Below, piece by piece: positions 1-7,411 of a DNA stretch of 51,667 bases; position 1 is the stretch's first letter; each line of letters begins with the position of its first letter. Source of the DNA: Candidatus Hadarchaeota archaeon (GTDB taxonomy: Archaea > Hadarchaeota > Hadarchaeia > Hadarchaeales > Hadarchaeaceae); NCBI GenBank assembly GCA_964345105.1, contig CAYFPZ010000010.1, positions 1 through 51,667 on the forward strand, in the 5' to 3' direction. The notes under the pieces are model-generated. The model was not told the DNA's origin, did no database searches, and saw only the letters and a list, made by a program, of their open reading frames with translations. The position numbers were made by a program, and so were the translations under genes.

Positions 1-2
1 TA

Positions 3-173
3 ACTCATCAGATATTTCGAGAATTCCTAACGGAGGCAACTGGTGCTAAAGTCGCTTTACTCGCCGTGCAACCAAAGGACACAAGTTTTGGAGAAGGTCT
101 TACAAAAGAGTTGGAAGAAGCCATTGAGCTTTTATCAAATTTTTTGTCGAGAGTTCTCCCCCAAAAGGAATAA
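3..173 (+). CDS. Hydrogenase maturation endopeptidase, C-terminal fragment (5' end lies outside the window)
   Basis: Frame 3 is open from the window edge to TAA at 171-173. Translation ...GAKVALLAVQPKDTSFGEGLTKELEEAIELL resembles the C-terminal '...IG.EP.d.sfGeGLS..v' region of HycI/FrhD-type proteases. Short fragment, recognised from memory. Confidence 0.5.
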   Translation, partial: THQIFREFLTEATGAKVALLAVQPKDTSFGEGLTKELEEAIELLSNFLSRVLPQKE

Positions 174-218
174 TGTACCGTATTTTTGAACTTCGATTTG
201 CTTTTTCATAGCTCAATA

Positions 219-662
219 TCAGTGGCTTGATGATGAAACTTTTCCAGAAACTTGGGCGGATACTTTACAAGGCCCCAACTTTGTAATCTCATCAACAACT
301 TCCGTAACAATTTTAACGAATCGTTCAGCCTCTCCAGCTGATACTGTTTCGAACCTGAGCCTCTTCGGTTCTACCCCTAACTGCTCTAGTATTCGCTTGA
401 GCAGGGCAACTCTTCGTTGAGCCTTGTAGTTTCCAGAGATGAAATGACAGTCCCCAAAGTGGCATCCAGCGACCAACACCCCGTCCGCACCTCGTTTAAA
501 AGTTTCTAGAATGTGAACGGGATCTAGCCGCCCAGTGCACATCAGCCTGATGATGCGGACGTTAGGCGGATAACGCATGCGACTCGTTCCAGCGAGGTCA
601 GCTGCAGCGTAGGAGCAGAAATTGCAAAGAAAGACGATGATTTTTGGTTCAAATCCGGTCAT
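219..662 (-). CDS. mvhD: MvhD-type hydrogenase delta subunit ([2Fe-2S] electron-transfer protein)
   Basis: KIIVFLCNFCSYAAADLAG...RLMCTGRLDP...GADGVLVAGCHFGDCHF is the MvhD/FlpD signature. ATG at 662 is preceded by GGAGGT; the track start at 683 is a GTG extension. Confidence 0.85.
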   Translation of the reverse strand: MTGFEPKIIVFLCNFCSYAAADLAGTSRMRYPPNVRIIRLMCTGRLDPVHILETFKRGADGVLVAGCHFGDCHFISGNYKAQRRVALLKRILEQLGVEPKRLRFETVSAGEAERFVKIVTEVVDEITKLGPCKVSAQVSGKVSSSSH

Positions 663-726
663 GTTATCTACCTCCAAGGTCACCTGTGTACTTAAGAATT
701 TTGATTTTTATATTTTTCACCCTATT

Positions 727-1947
727 TTACAAGGCTCCACCGAGGGTTACATCGATCATCCGCTTGACATCCCTTTTTAAAGCATCTGGAAGTCCAAAGA
801 TGCTAATATCCATGAATCCCCGGATAATCAGCGATTCGGCCTCAGACTCTGAGAAACCCCTCGCCATCAAATATTGGACTTGCTCTTCCGCTATCTTCCC
901 CACGGCGGCCTCATGCGAAAGTTCGGTTCCCTTCACCTTCCCTACCAGCTCTGGAATCGCGTGGATAAAGGCTTCATTGGAGAGCAAAAGCCCCCTGCAT
1001 TCAAGGTGTGCCTTGCTGTCCTCATGCTCTCCAACTAAGAGTCCACGGGCATTTATCTGCGCATTGTCCGAGGCTATCGCCCGTGCTATGATTTCCCCCT
1101 TGCTCCCTTTGCCTTGGAGGACCACTTTCGAGCCCACATCCAAATAGGAATTTTGCCCCCCGTGTAGGATTGTGTTGAACCTAACTCTAGAGTTAGCTCC
1201 CTTGCAGTAAGCAACCGGGTACATTTGAAGGCTTTTCACGGGTTTCATGCACATGTAATTGTTAATGAACGTTGCACCATCGCCCACAAGTGCCGCAGTT
1301 CGAGGTCGAACATTGAAATTTTGGGCCCAGTTATGGATCATGGTGAAAGTGAGCTTTGCGTTTTTCTTCACGTAAAATTCGGAAATGCCCACATGCAGGC
1401 CGCTTTGAACGTTTGGGTGAACCGTGCAGCCAGTTATTATCTGGGCTTCAGAGTTGGGTTCTGCTATTATCAAGTTGTGAACATTTTGGTTGAAATTCTC
1501 TTTTGAGATGAAAATGCATGCTTGTAGGGGGAGCGTGATTTTTTGACCCTCGAGTACTCGGATGAAATAGCCCTGATCCCACTTTAACTTGGCTAAAGTG
1601 GTGAATTTGTCTGTGTTTGCGTCAACAATCTTCCACCAATACTCCTTGGCCCAGCGGTATTTTTTGAGTGCTTCTTCAGTGCTCATTATTTCGGCTTTTC
1701 CCCTGAAAGTTTTTCGAATTGCTTGAAGGACAGCAGAATGATCTATTTGAAAATATGTGCCGGCTCGTTCCTTTTCCTTGGTAATTCCAACGCTTAAGGC
1801 TCTCTGGACGATATCCTTTGGCAGTGTCGAAATAGCACATGGGGGCCAAGGTGAAGTTTCTCTTTTGAAAGCTCCCACATCCAAGTCGGGCCCAAAAGCC
1901 GCTGGCTTCTCGATTGCATTCAACGTAGTCTTTTTACCCTTGGGCAT
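727..1947 (-). CDS. sufB: Fe-S cluster assembly scaffold, SufB/SufD family
   Basis: C-terminal ...ECRGLLLS...IPEL...LSHEAAVGKIAEEQVQYLMARGFSESEAESLIIRGF is typical of SufB/SufD. Overlaps sufC by 28 nt. Confidence 0.8.
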   Translation of the reverse strand: MPKGKKTTLNAIEKPAAFGPDLDVGAFKRETSPWPPCAISTLPKDIVQRALSVGITKEKERAGTYFQIDHSAVLQAIRKTFRGKAEIMSTEEALKKYRWAKEYWWKIVDANTDKFTTLAKLKWDQGYFIRVLEGQKITLPLQACIFISKENFNQNVHNLIIAEPNSEAQIITGCTVHPNVQSGLHVGISEFYVKKNAKLTFTMIHNWAQNFNVRPRTAALVGDGATFINNYMCMKPVKSLQMYPVAYCKGANSRVRFNTILHGGQNSYLDVGSKVVLQGKGSKGEIIARAIASDNAQINARGLLVGEHEDSKAHLECRGLLLSNEAFIHAIPELVGKVKGTELSHEAAVGKIAEEQVQYLMARGFSESEAESLIIRGFMDISIFGLPDALKRDVKRMIDVTLGGAL

Positions 1948-2645
1948 TGCTCACACCACTTGTAGCCTCTTTTCATGATCCGGTTGATAATATTGATTGG
2001 TTTTCCAGAGCAGGCGATCATACCATAAAACATCACATGGGCTTTGTCCACTTTTAAGTAGCGCAGGATGTGGCCGAGGTGGGTTATCAACAGGCCGGAT
2101 CGCTTCTTGAGGAATTCGTTAATCGCCTTGCCTATAACCTCAAGATTTTCAACATCTACTCCTGAGTCGGGCTCATCGAATATCGCAAAATCTGGTCGTT
2201 GAGCGAGCAACTGTAAAATCTCCGTCCGCTTGAGTTCGCCTCCGGAGAATCCTAAATTTAAATCTCTGCCGAAAAAATCCACGGGGATGTTTGTGGTGCC
2301 TGCCAGCTTTACTTCATCGACTTTTCCCTTGGTGAGGTGTCGCAAAACATCGCCCAGTTTGACCCCTCTTATTCGAGGGGGGTTTTGGAAGGCCACACCC
2401 ATGCCTAGCTTCACGCGCTCATCCGTTGGCATGGTGGTGATGTCAGTGCCATTGAACCGAATCTTGCCCGATAGAATGTGGCAGCTCGGGAAGCCCAAAA
2501 TTGACGTTATCAGCGAGGTCTTCCCGGATCCGTTGGGCCCGAGCAAAACGTGGGTTTCTCCTTTGGGTATCTCTAGGTTAACTCCCCCGAGTACCCGTTT
2601 TCCCGCGATTTCCACGGTTAGGTTCTCTATCCTTAGCATTTTCAA
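1920..2645 (-). CDS. sufC: Fe-S cluster assembly ATPase SufC
   Basis: Walker A GPNGSGKTSL, signature FSGGELKR, Walker B FAIFDEPDSGVD. Lies immediately upstream of sufB. Confidence 0.9.
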   Translation of the reverse strand: MKMLRIENLTVEIAGKRVLGGVNLEIPKGETHVLLGPNGSGKTSLITSILGFPSCHILSGKIRFNGTDITTMPTDERVKLGMGVAFQNPPRIRGVKLGDVLRHLTKGKVDEVKLAGTTNIPVDFFGRDLNLGFSGGELKRTEILQLLAQRPDFAIFDEPDSGVDVENLEVIGKAINEFLKKRSGLLITHLGHILRYLKVDKAHVMFYGMIACSGKPINIINRIMKRGYKWCEQCPRVKRLR

Positions 2646-2735
2646 GGTCGCAACCCCATTTTAACACTCTTCGGGATAACCTAAAAGTTTCACACCAAGA
2701 CACATTTATTAATCTTCACGATTTAAGGTGCAGCG

Positions 2736-3227
2736 ATGGACGACTTTACATTTGGATTGCTATATAGCGTTGTCGCAGTGGCCCTCGTGGGGGTCTTGTT
2801 ATTCTTGTTAGGTCGAAAATTCGATAGGCGGCTTTACCTAAAGCCCGTGATTTACGGCTTTTTCTTCGGGGCTGGTGTCAACTTACTTTTTGGAGGGGGG
2901 ATTTTCGCCTTTTTGGTAGGTGGTGCGGTTACTGGCTACTTGCTCGCTCGGGAGATTAGAGATTGGTGGAGTCAATTCCGAGCTGGGGGGTTGAATGGTA
3001 CTTTAATTATTTGCAGCCCCATCCTCTCGAACATGTTCATCCTCTTCACACGAGGCATCTCGGATATCATAGTTACTCAGGCTAGTCCTGAAGAGGTATT
3101 ATTCCTGCTTTATGGGGACATGTTTCTCTATGCTTTTATGTTGGTAGCCATTGTTGGCATTGGCGCCGTGCTGGGGGGATTGCTGCGCAAATTCTTAAAG
3201 CCTTCTGAGATGACACTTCAACAATAG
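2736..3227 (+). CDS. Hypothetical integral membrane protein
   Basis: 163-aa ORF with several hydrophobic Gly-rich segments. No family recognised. Confidence 0.5.
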   Translation: MDDFTFGLLYSVVAVALVGVLLFLLGRKFDRRLYLKPVIYGFFFGAGVNLLFGGGIFAFLVGGAVTGYLLAREIRDWWSQFRAGGLNGTLIICSPILSNMFILFTRGISDIIVTQASPEEVLFLLYGDMFLYAFMLVAIVGIGAVLGGLLRKFLKPSEMTLQQ

Positions 3228-3270
3228 CGAGTTTTTCTCTTTACAAAGAACTGCTTTTGAAACACAAATC

Positions 3271-3278
3271 ATTTATCC
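3271..3278 (+). promoter_or_regulatory. Candidate TATA box for the tRNA locus
   Basis: atttatcc in an AT-rich stretch, about 25 nt upstream of the first AGCGGGG (3303). A second A/T box, aaaaatta, lies at 3281-3288. Position-based only. Confidence 0.3.
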
Positions 3279-3302
3279 CGAAAAATTAGACGAATTCACG
3301 GT

Positions 3303-3312
3303 AGCGGGGTAG
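3303..3312 (+). repeat. Leader copy of tRNA exon 1 (AGCGGGGTAG), direct repeat of 3321-3330
   Basis: Identical 10-mer 18 nt upstream of the exon-1 copy that sits in a BHB. With flanking nt (3299-3309 GGTAGCGGGG) it can pair over 10 bp with 3503-3512 CCCCGCTACC. Confidence 0.6.
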
Positions 3313-3320
3313 CTACCTGC

Positions 3321-3510
3321 AGCGGGGTAGAGCAGCAGTAGGGAACTACTCTGCCCCCACGGCAGCATGGAGTGCCCGCCGGTCGTGGAAAACCACGGGC
3401 GAAGCTCATAAGGCGTCAAGCCATGAGTTTGGCGCTCCTGCGAGACCCGGAGGTCAGTGGTTCAAGAGAGAGCGGCGTAAAACCTCTCTCGGAATTTCCA
3501 CTCCCCGCTA
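3321..3510 (+). tRNA. Initiator tRNA-Met (anticodon CAU) interrupted by four introns
   Basis: Exons 3321-3330, 3361-3382, 3404-3410, 3445-3466 and 3497-3510 join to AGCGGGG UA GGGC AGCAUGGAGU GCCC G CCGGG CUCAUAA CCCGG AGGUC AGUGG UUCAAGU CCACU CCCCGCU A (75 nt). All four stems are fully Watson-Crick. It has the A1:U72 pair, three G:C pairs at 29-31:39-41 and a CAU anticodon, which are archaeal initiator hallmarks. Introns of 30, 21, 34 and 30 nt at positions 10/11, 30/31, 37/38 and 59/60 each sit in bulge-helix-bulge-like structures. No encoded CCA (CC then T). Confidence 0.85.
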
Positions 3511-3555
3511 CCTTATCTAGCTTGATAGCCTGAGGAAGTCAATAGGAGATTGCTC

Positions 3556-4143
3556 ATGTCTATTATCGGGTTGGTCGCGCTGACTCTGCTCATGGGGCCA
3601 TTTGGCGCTATACCGTTCGCGTTTGACCAAGGAATGTCGACTGTTGATACCGCAATCGCTGTCAGTATTATCCACGCGACTCTCGTGCCCGTATGGTTCG
3701 GGTTTTTTGAGTTTATCGGATATAGCATGCGTTACAAAAATCGTATTATCTCCCGTGTTATGGGGTACGCAGCGACTAAATCTAAAAGGTTCAGGATAAA
3801 CATTGACGCTTACATACAAAAATTTGAGCGTCGAGTTGGACAATTCGGTTTTGCTCTAGGTGTGATTGGATTCACATTTTTGGTTGGCGTCTGTTGGGCA
3901 GCTCTCTGTGCTTACATACTAAACATAAAGAAGAAGACGATCCTCGCATCCATCGCTGTCGGTGCGGTGATTTCCAGCGTTTTCTGGACCTTTGTGTTTG
4001 CTGGAATTGTGGGGGCCCTGCCCAGCCCATTGACACTTTACCTAATATTGATTGCTGCGACGTTCGCTTTCCTCATATACAAGAAGGTTCGCGAGCGTAA
4101 ACTATTACGGAAAATTTTTCGCCCAATCTTAAAAAGTCGCTGA
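3556..4143 (+). CDS. Hypothetical integral membrane protein
   Basis: ATG at 3556 lies 8 nt after GGAG; the track start at 3550 is TTG. Multiple hydrophobic helices and a basic C-terminal tail. No confident family. Confidence 0.5.
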   Translation: MSIIGLVALTLLMGPFGAIPFAFDQGMSTVDTAIAVSIIHATLVPVWFGFFEFIGYSMRYKNRIISRVMGYAATKSKRFRINIDAYIQKFERRVGQFGFALGVIGFTFLVGVCWAALCAYILNIKKKTILASIAVGAVISSVFWTFVFAGIVGALPSPLTLYLILIAATFAFLIYKKVRERKLLRKIFRPILKSR

Positions 4144-4196
4144 TTCTGCGCTAGCATCAGAGGAAACCGTGACCGCCCTTTGGGTGCTCATGTGTT

Positions 4197-5336
4197 TCAT
4201 TTGATTAGTCCAATTTTGTAAAGGTACTCAGCTGCTAGCACTGCACCCTTCGCTGCGCCAAGCTCGGTGTTGTGTGAGAGCACGGTGTACTGGAAACCAT
4301 TGTCAAAAGCGTTCGCTTCCACTCCACCGATGGCTGCGACCATGCCATCTTCCAAGTCTGAGTCGAACCTCGGCTGGGGCCTGTCGATTTCATCCATGAC
4401 TACTATCGGCTGCTTAGGTGCGGTCGGTAATGCCAGTTTCTGCGGTTCGCCCCGATAATTTTTCCAAACTTCTTTCAGCTCATCAATACTGCATCCTTTC
4501 GTGGTTTCGATGAAAACAGACTCCGTGTGGCCATCGAGGACCGGGACGCGATTACACTTGCACGCAATCTTAAATCCCGCTGGTGTGATTTTGCCCCCGC
4601 TGAATTCTCCGAGGAGCTTCACTGTTTCTTTTCTGACTTTTTCTTCCTCCATGCGAATGTATGGAATGACGTTGCCTTCGAAAACACTTTGTGAAAATTT
4701 ATCCAGTCCAGCCGGGAGGTCGGATCCCTGTACCTTTCGCTGTTCGGCCCAACTTTTGACCGCACCATACCCTGCTCCAGATACAGACTGCATCGAAGCC
4801 ATCGTCACGTGCTTAAGTCCGAACTTATCGTGTACAGGCTTCAACGACATCACTAGGCCAATAGTCGTGCAGTTGGGCTGAGGCACGACAAATCCCTTCC
4901 AACCTCTGCCTTTTTGTTGCACATCTATGATGTCCGCATGTGACTCATTCACACTCGGCAGGTATACGAAGCTGTCTTCGAAGTAGCGGTAGGCGGAGGC
5001 CGTGCTGATTACTGGCTTTTCCACCGCGATGTTTCCCTCGACCTCTAGCGCCGTTTCCGACGGCAATGCTGAAAAGAACAAGCTGTTTTCTTCAAGGCTT
5101 ACTTTGCGAAGATTCTGGACCATCATGTCTAGAATTTTTTTGCTGGGCGCTCCTTTACAAAACCATCTTGAATGTTCCCTTCCATAGTTTAGCGCGTCCG
5201 CATACTTCTTGCCAGCAGACCTTTCCGACGCATACAATGCCGTGAGCTCGAACCACGGGTGCTTCTGGAGGTTGAGTACAAATTTCTGCCCAACCTCGCC
5301 CGTCGCGCCCAAGACAGCAATTGGGATTTTCGCCAT
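4197..5336 (-). CDS. asd: Aspartate-semialdehyde dehydrogenase
   Basis: N-terminal IAVLGATGEVGQ Rossmann motif, active-site PNCTTIG, SVSGAGY. Sits in a lysine/DAP gene context. Confidence 0.9.
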   Translation of the reverse strand: MAKIPIAVLGATGEVGQKFVLNLQKHPWFELTALYASERSAGKKYADALNYGREHSRWFCKGAPSKKILDMMVQNLRKVSLEENSLFFSALPSETALEVEGNIAVEKPVISTASAYRYFEDSFVYLPSVNESHADIIDVQQKGRGWKGFVVPQPNCTTIGLVMSLKPVHDKFGLKHVTMASMQSVSGAGYGAVKSWAEQRKVQGSDLPAGLDKFSQSVFEGNVIPYIRMEEEKVRKETVKLLGEFSGGKITPAGFKIACKCNRVPVLDGHTESVFIETTKGCSIDELKEVWKNYRGEPQKLALPTAPKQPIVVMDEIDRPQPRFDSDLEDGMVAAIGGVEANAFDNGFQYTVLSHNTELGAAKGAVLAAEYLYKIGLIK

Positions 5337-5406
5337 TCAGCCGCCCGCTTTAGTGTGTTCTCAAGTCTTATTTAATTTGGCAAGGTGAAAAGATTTAGGT
5401 GTTTTG

Positions 5407-5541
5407 ATGCCCCGCCGGAAGTACGGACACATGGTCGGGCCGCTTCCAGCCCCACCTAAACCCGAGAAGTGTAGATTCTGTAGGCGTGGGTTACCCTGTC
5501 CTTTCCATAAGCAAAGAAAACCATCTTTGAGAAAAAAGTAG
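5407..5541 (+). CDS. Candidate small (44 aa) very basic Cys/His protein
   Basis: Translation MPRRKYGHMVGPLPAPPKPEKCRFCRRGLPCPFHKQRKPSLRKK. AGGTG lies 5 nt upstream of the ATG and an AT-rich box (ttatttaatt) further upstream. Below the ORF-track length cut-off and could be a chance ORF. Confidence 0.3.
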   Translation: MPRRKYGHMVGPLPAPPKPEKCRFCRRGLPCPFHKQRKPSLRKK

Positions 5542-5563
5542 TGATTGTCATTTTGATTAATTT

Positions 5564-6607
5564 TTAAGTAGACAATTTGCTAATTTTTGTTAGGAATTCT
5601 TCTTGTCGTACCCACAGTTTACGCTTTAGAGTCCTGAAGTCCCTCTTGATATTTTTCGAATCATCGAGAGCACGCAATGAAACTTCCTTAATCTTTTTCA
5701 GATCAGCGCTTCTGACATCTATTACCTTATCTTTCTGATTAATGAACTCCATAAAATTGTAATTTTTGAAGTCATAGGCAACATTTACTATTGGAACCTC
5801 ACTTCCGAACGCTAGCACTGTAGAATGCATCATCATCCCAATGACCAAATCTAGTTTACCGTAAATGAATTTCATTTTGTATGGGTTGGGGGCTGTATCC
5901 ACCACTTTGAGCGGCAATTTTTTCTTTCGCATTACCTCAACAACGTGGTGCTCATCTGGATGGTGTGCTAAATAGACGATTTCTGCGTTTAGATGCTTAA
6001 TTAAAAATTTGCAAGCTTTGGTATACTCGTCAATTGTCTTGCGCAAATATTTGGGGTATAGCGCCCAGTAGTGACAAGCCACGTTTACGCCTATCTTTAT
6101 TTTACTTTCATCTAGGACAACTTTGCTGGTCTTTTCAGAATCAAGAAAAATTGCGGGGTCACCTATTACGTGCACATCGCCTACCCCTAAATCTCTCAAA
6201 AATTTACAGGTGTATCCGTCCCGAACGGAGGTGAGCTTGGCGCACGCGTTCAATAATCGAACGCTTTCTACTTGCTCCTGAGTTAGTTCTTTGTCCCCGA
6301 GATTTCTGAGGTATCCTATCCCATAGAGCACGATCGGTATTTCTACAGATTTGATAACTTGAGCATCCATCGGGAGAAAAAATTTGGAGTATAATCCCCC
6401 TCCCCCGATTACGCAAATATCATGCCGGTTGATGGTCTCGATAAATTCGGTGGGTTGCGGTTTTTTTAGTTCTTCGACTTCGCCCGGAGTATAGGTAAAT
6501 GGTTTCAAACGGGAGCTTAGCATGTCTCTGATTGAATAAGCTATAGCGATTTCGCCTATGTTATAAAAATCCTCTTCTCTTCTACAAAAATGAATTACAC
6601 TAGACAA
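5564..6607 (-). CDS. Polysaccharide pyruvyl transferase family protein
   Basis: ICVIGGGGLY...GIGY...SVRDGYTCKFLRDLGV..VHVIGDPAIFLD matches the PS_pyruv_trans (CsaB/WcaK-like) motif pattern. Visibly AT-richer than the flanking dap genes. Confidence 0.65.
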   Translation of the reverse strand: MSSVIHFCRREEDFYNIGEIAIAYSIRDMLSSRLKPFTYTPGEVEELKKPQPTEFIETINRHDICVIGGGGLYSKFFLPMDAQVIKSVEIPIVLYGIGYLRNLGDKELTQEQVESVRLLNACAKLTSVRDGYTCKFLRDLGVGDVHVIGDPAIFLDSEKTSKVVLDESKIKIGVNVACHYWALYPKYLRKTIDEYTKACKFLIKHLNAEIVYLAHHPDEHHVVEVMRKKKLPLKVVDTAPNPYKMKFIYGKLDLVIGMMMHSTVLAFGSEVPIVNVAYDFKNYNFMEFINQKDKVIDVRSADLKKIKEVSLRALDDSKNIKRDFRTLKRKLWVRQEEFLTKISKLST

Positions 6608-6619
6608 GGTACTCCCGTT

Positions 6620-7411
6620 TCACTTGAGTTCATTAGACTGTAAACCCAAGACATCCTGCATGTCTTGCACAATGCCTGGCTTGCCATTTTCAACGATGTG
6701 GCGGATTGCCTTCATCGCCCCTGCAGCAAACGTCTCACGACTCTGCGCACGATGAATTATCTCGAACCGTTCCTCCGGGGTGAAAAATACCACCGTGTGT
6801 TCACCGACAATGTCGCCTTCTCTAATCGATTTAATTTTGATTTTATCCTCGCTCCAGTTAAATTCCCTTGCGATAATTTGCGCAGCTCTGCGTGCAGTCC
6901 CGCTGGGAGCGTCGCGCTTGTGCACATGGTGCGCTTCAACTATTTCTACCCCGTAATCGCTGCCTAACATCCTTGCAGTTTTCTCGATCGATTTGAAAAA
7001 TACATTTACACCGACCGACATGTTTGGTGAAATGACCGCTCGGATTTTCCCCTTTTTCACGGCTTCTTCCATTTCAACCCACTGTTCTGCCGTGAAGCCG
7101 GTGGTACCCACAACCACAGAAACGCCCACTTCGGATGCTGTTTTGACGTTCTGAACTGCGGCATCTGCTTTGGTGAAGTCCACTAAGACATCTGGTTTTG
7201 ATCTCCTTAGAGCCTCAGCCAGTTTATCTGCGCCAACAATCTTTACGCCAAGTCCGCCCACGCCAGCGAGTTCCCCGGCGTCCTTTCCTGCGTTTGGGGT
7301 ACCAAGGGCATCGATGGCCGCAACCAACTCCATGTCCGCTTGTTTCGCGACTTGGCGCACAATTAGCCTGCCCATTCGCCCGCAGGCACCGCAGACAGCA
7401 ACTCGAATCAT
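6620..7411 (-). CDS. dapB: 4-hydroxy-tetrahydrodipicolinate reductase
   Basis: VCGACGRMGR N-terminus and EAHHVHKRDAPSGTA signature. Confidence 0.9.
   Translation of the reverse strand: MIRVAVCGACGRMGRLIVRQVAKQADMELVAAIDALGTPNAGKDAGELAGVGGLGVKIVGADKLAEALRRSKPDVLVDFTKADAAVQNVKTASEVGVSVVVGTTGFTAEQWVEMEEAVKKGKIRAVISPNMSVGVNVFFKSIEKTARMLGSDYGVEIVEAHHVHKRDAPSGTARRAAQIIAREFNWSEDKIKIKSIREGDIVGEHTVVFFTPEERFEIIHRAQSRETFAAGAMKAIRHIVENGKPGIVQDMQDVLGLQSNELK

Noticed and set aside
644-1147. Long ORFs antisense to well-supported genes (for example 644-1147, 2230-2664, 7424-7894, 8917-9417, 10895-11440, 24994-25527, 47803-48291, 50868-51233)
   Set aside because: These are shadow ORFs opposite strongly recognisable genes. 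Their translations are Ser/Pro/Arg/Ala-rich and low-complexity, with no motifs.
1920-1990. Cys-containing C-terminal tail of SufC (…KWCEQCPRVKRLR), considered as a possible extra metal site
   Set aside because: Overall length is normal for SufC and the tail overlaps the sufB start region. A single CxxC is insufficient evidence without alignment to orthologues.
3466-3490. GAGAGAG...CTCTCTC hairpin, considered as a possible terminator or repeat element
   Set aside because: It is the inner helix of the predicted T-loop intron (59/60). It has no following T-run and is not repeated elsewhere in the window.
3299-3512. Structured about 214-nt RNA first considered as SRP (7S) RNA or RNase P RNA, because of the terminal 10-bp helix and several GNRA-like hairpins
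   Set aside because: It is too short and lacks the RNase P GAGGAAAGUCC-type motifs and the SRP helix-8 consensus. The same sequence resolves completely as an intron-containing initiator tRNA with every stem Watson-Crick paired.
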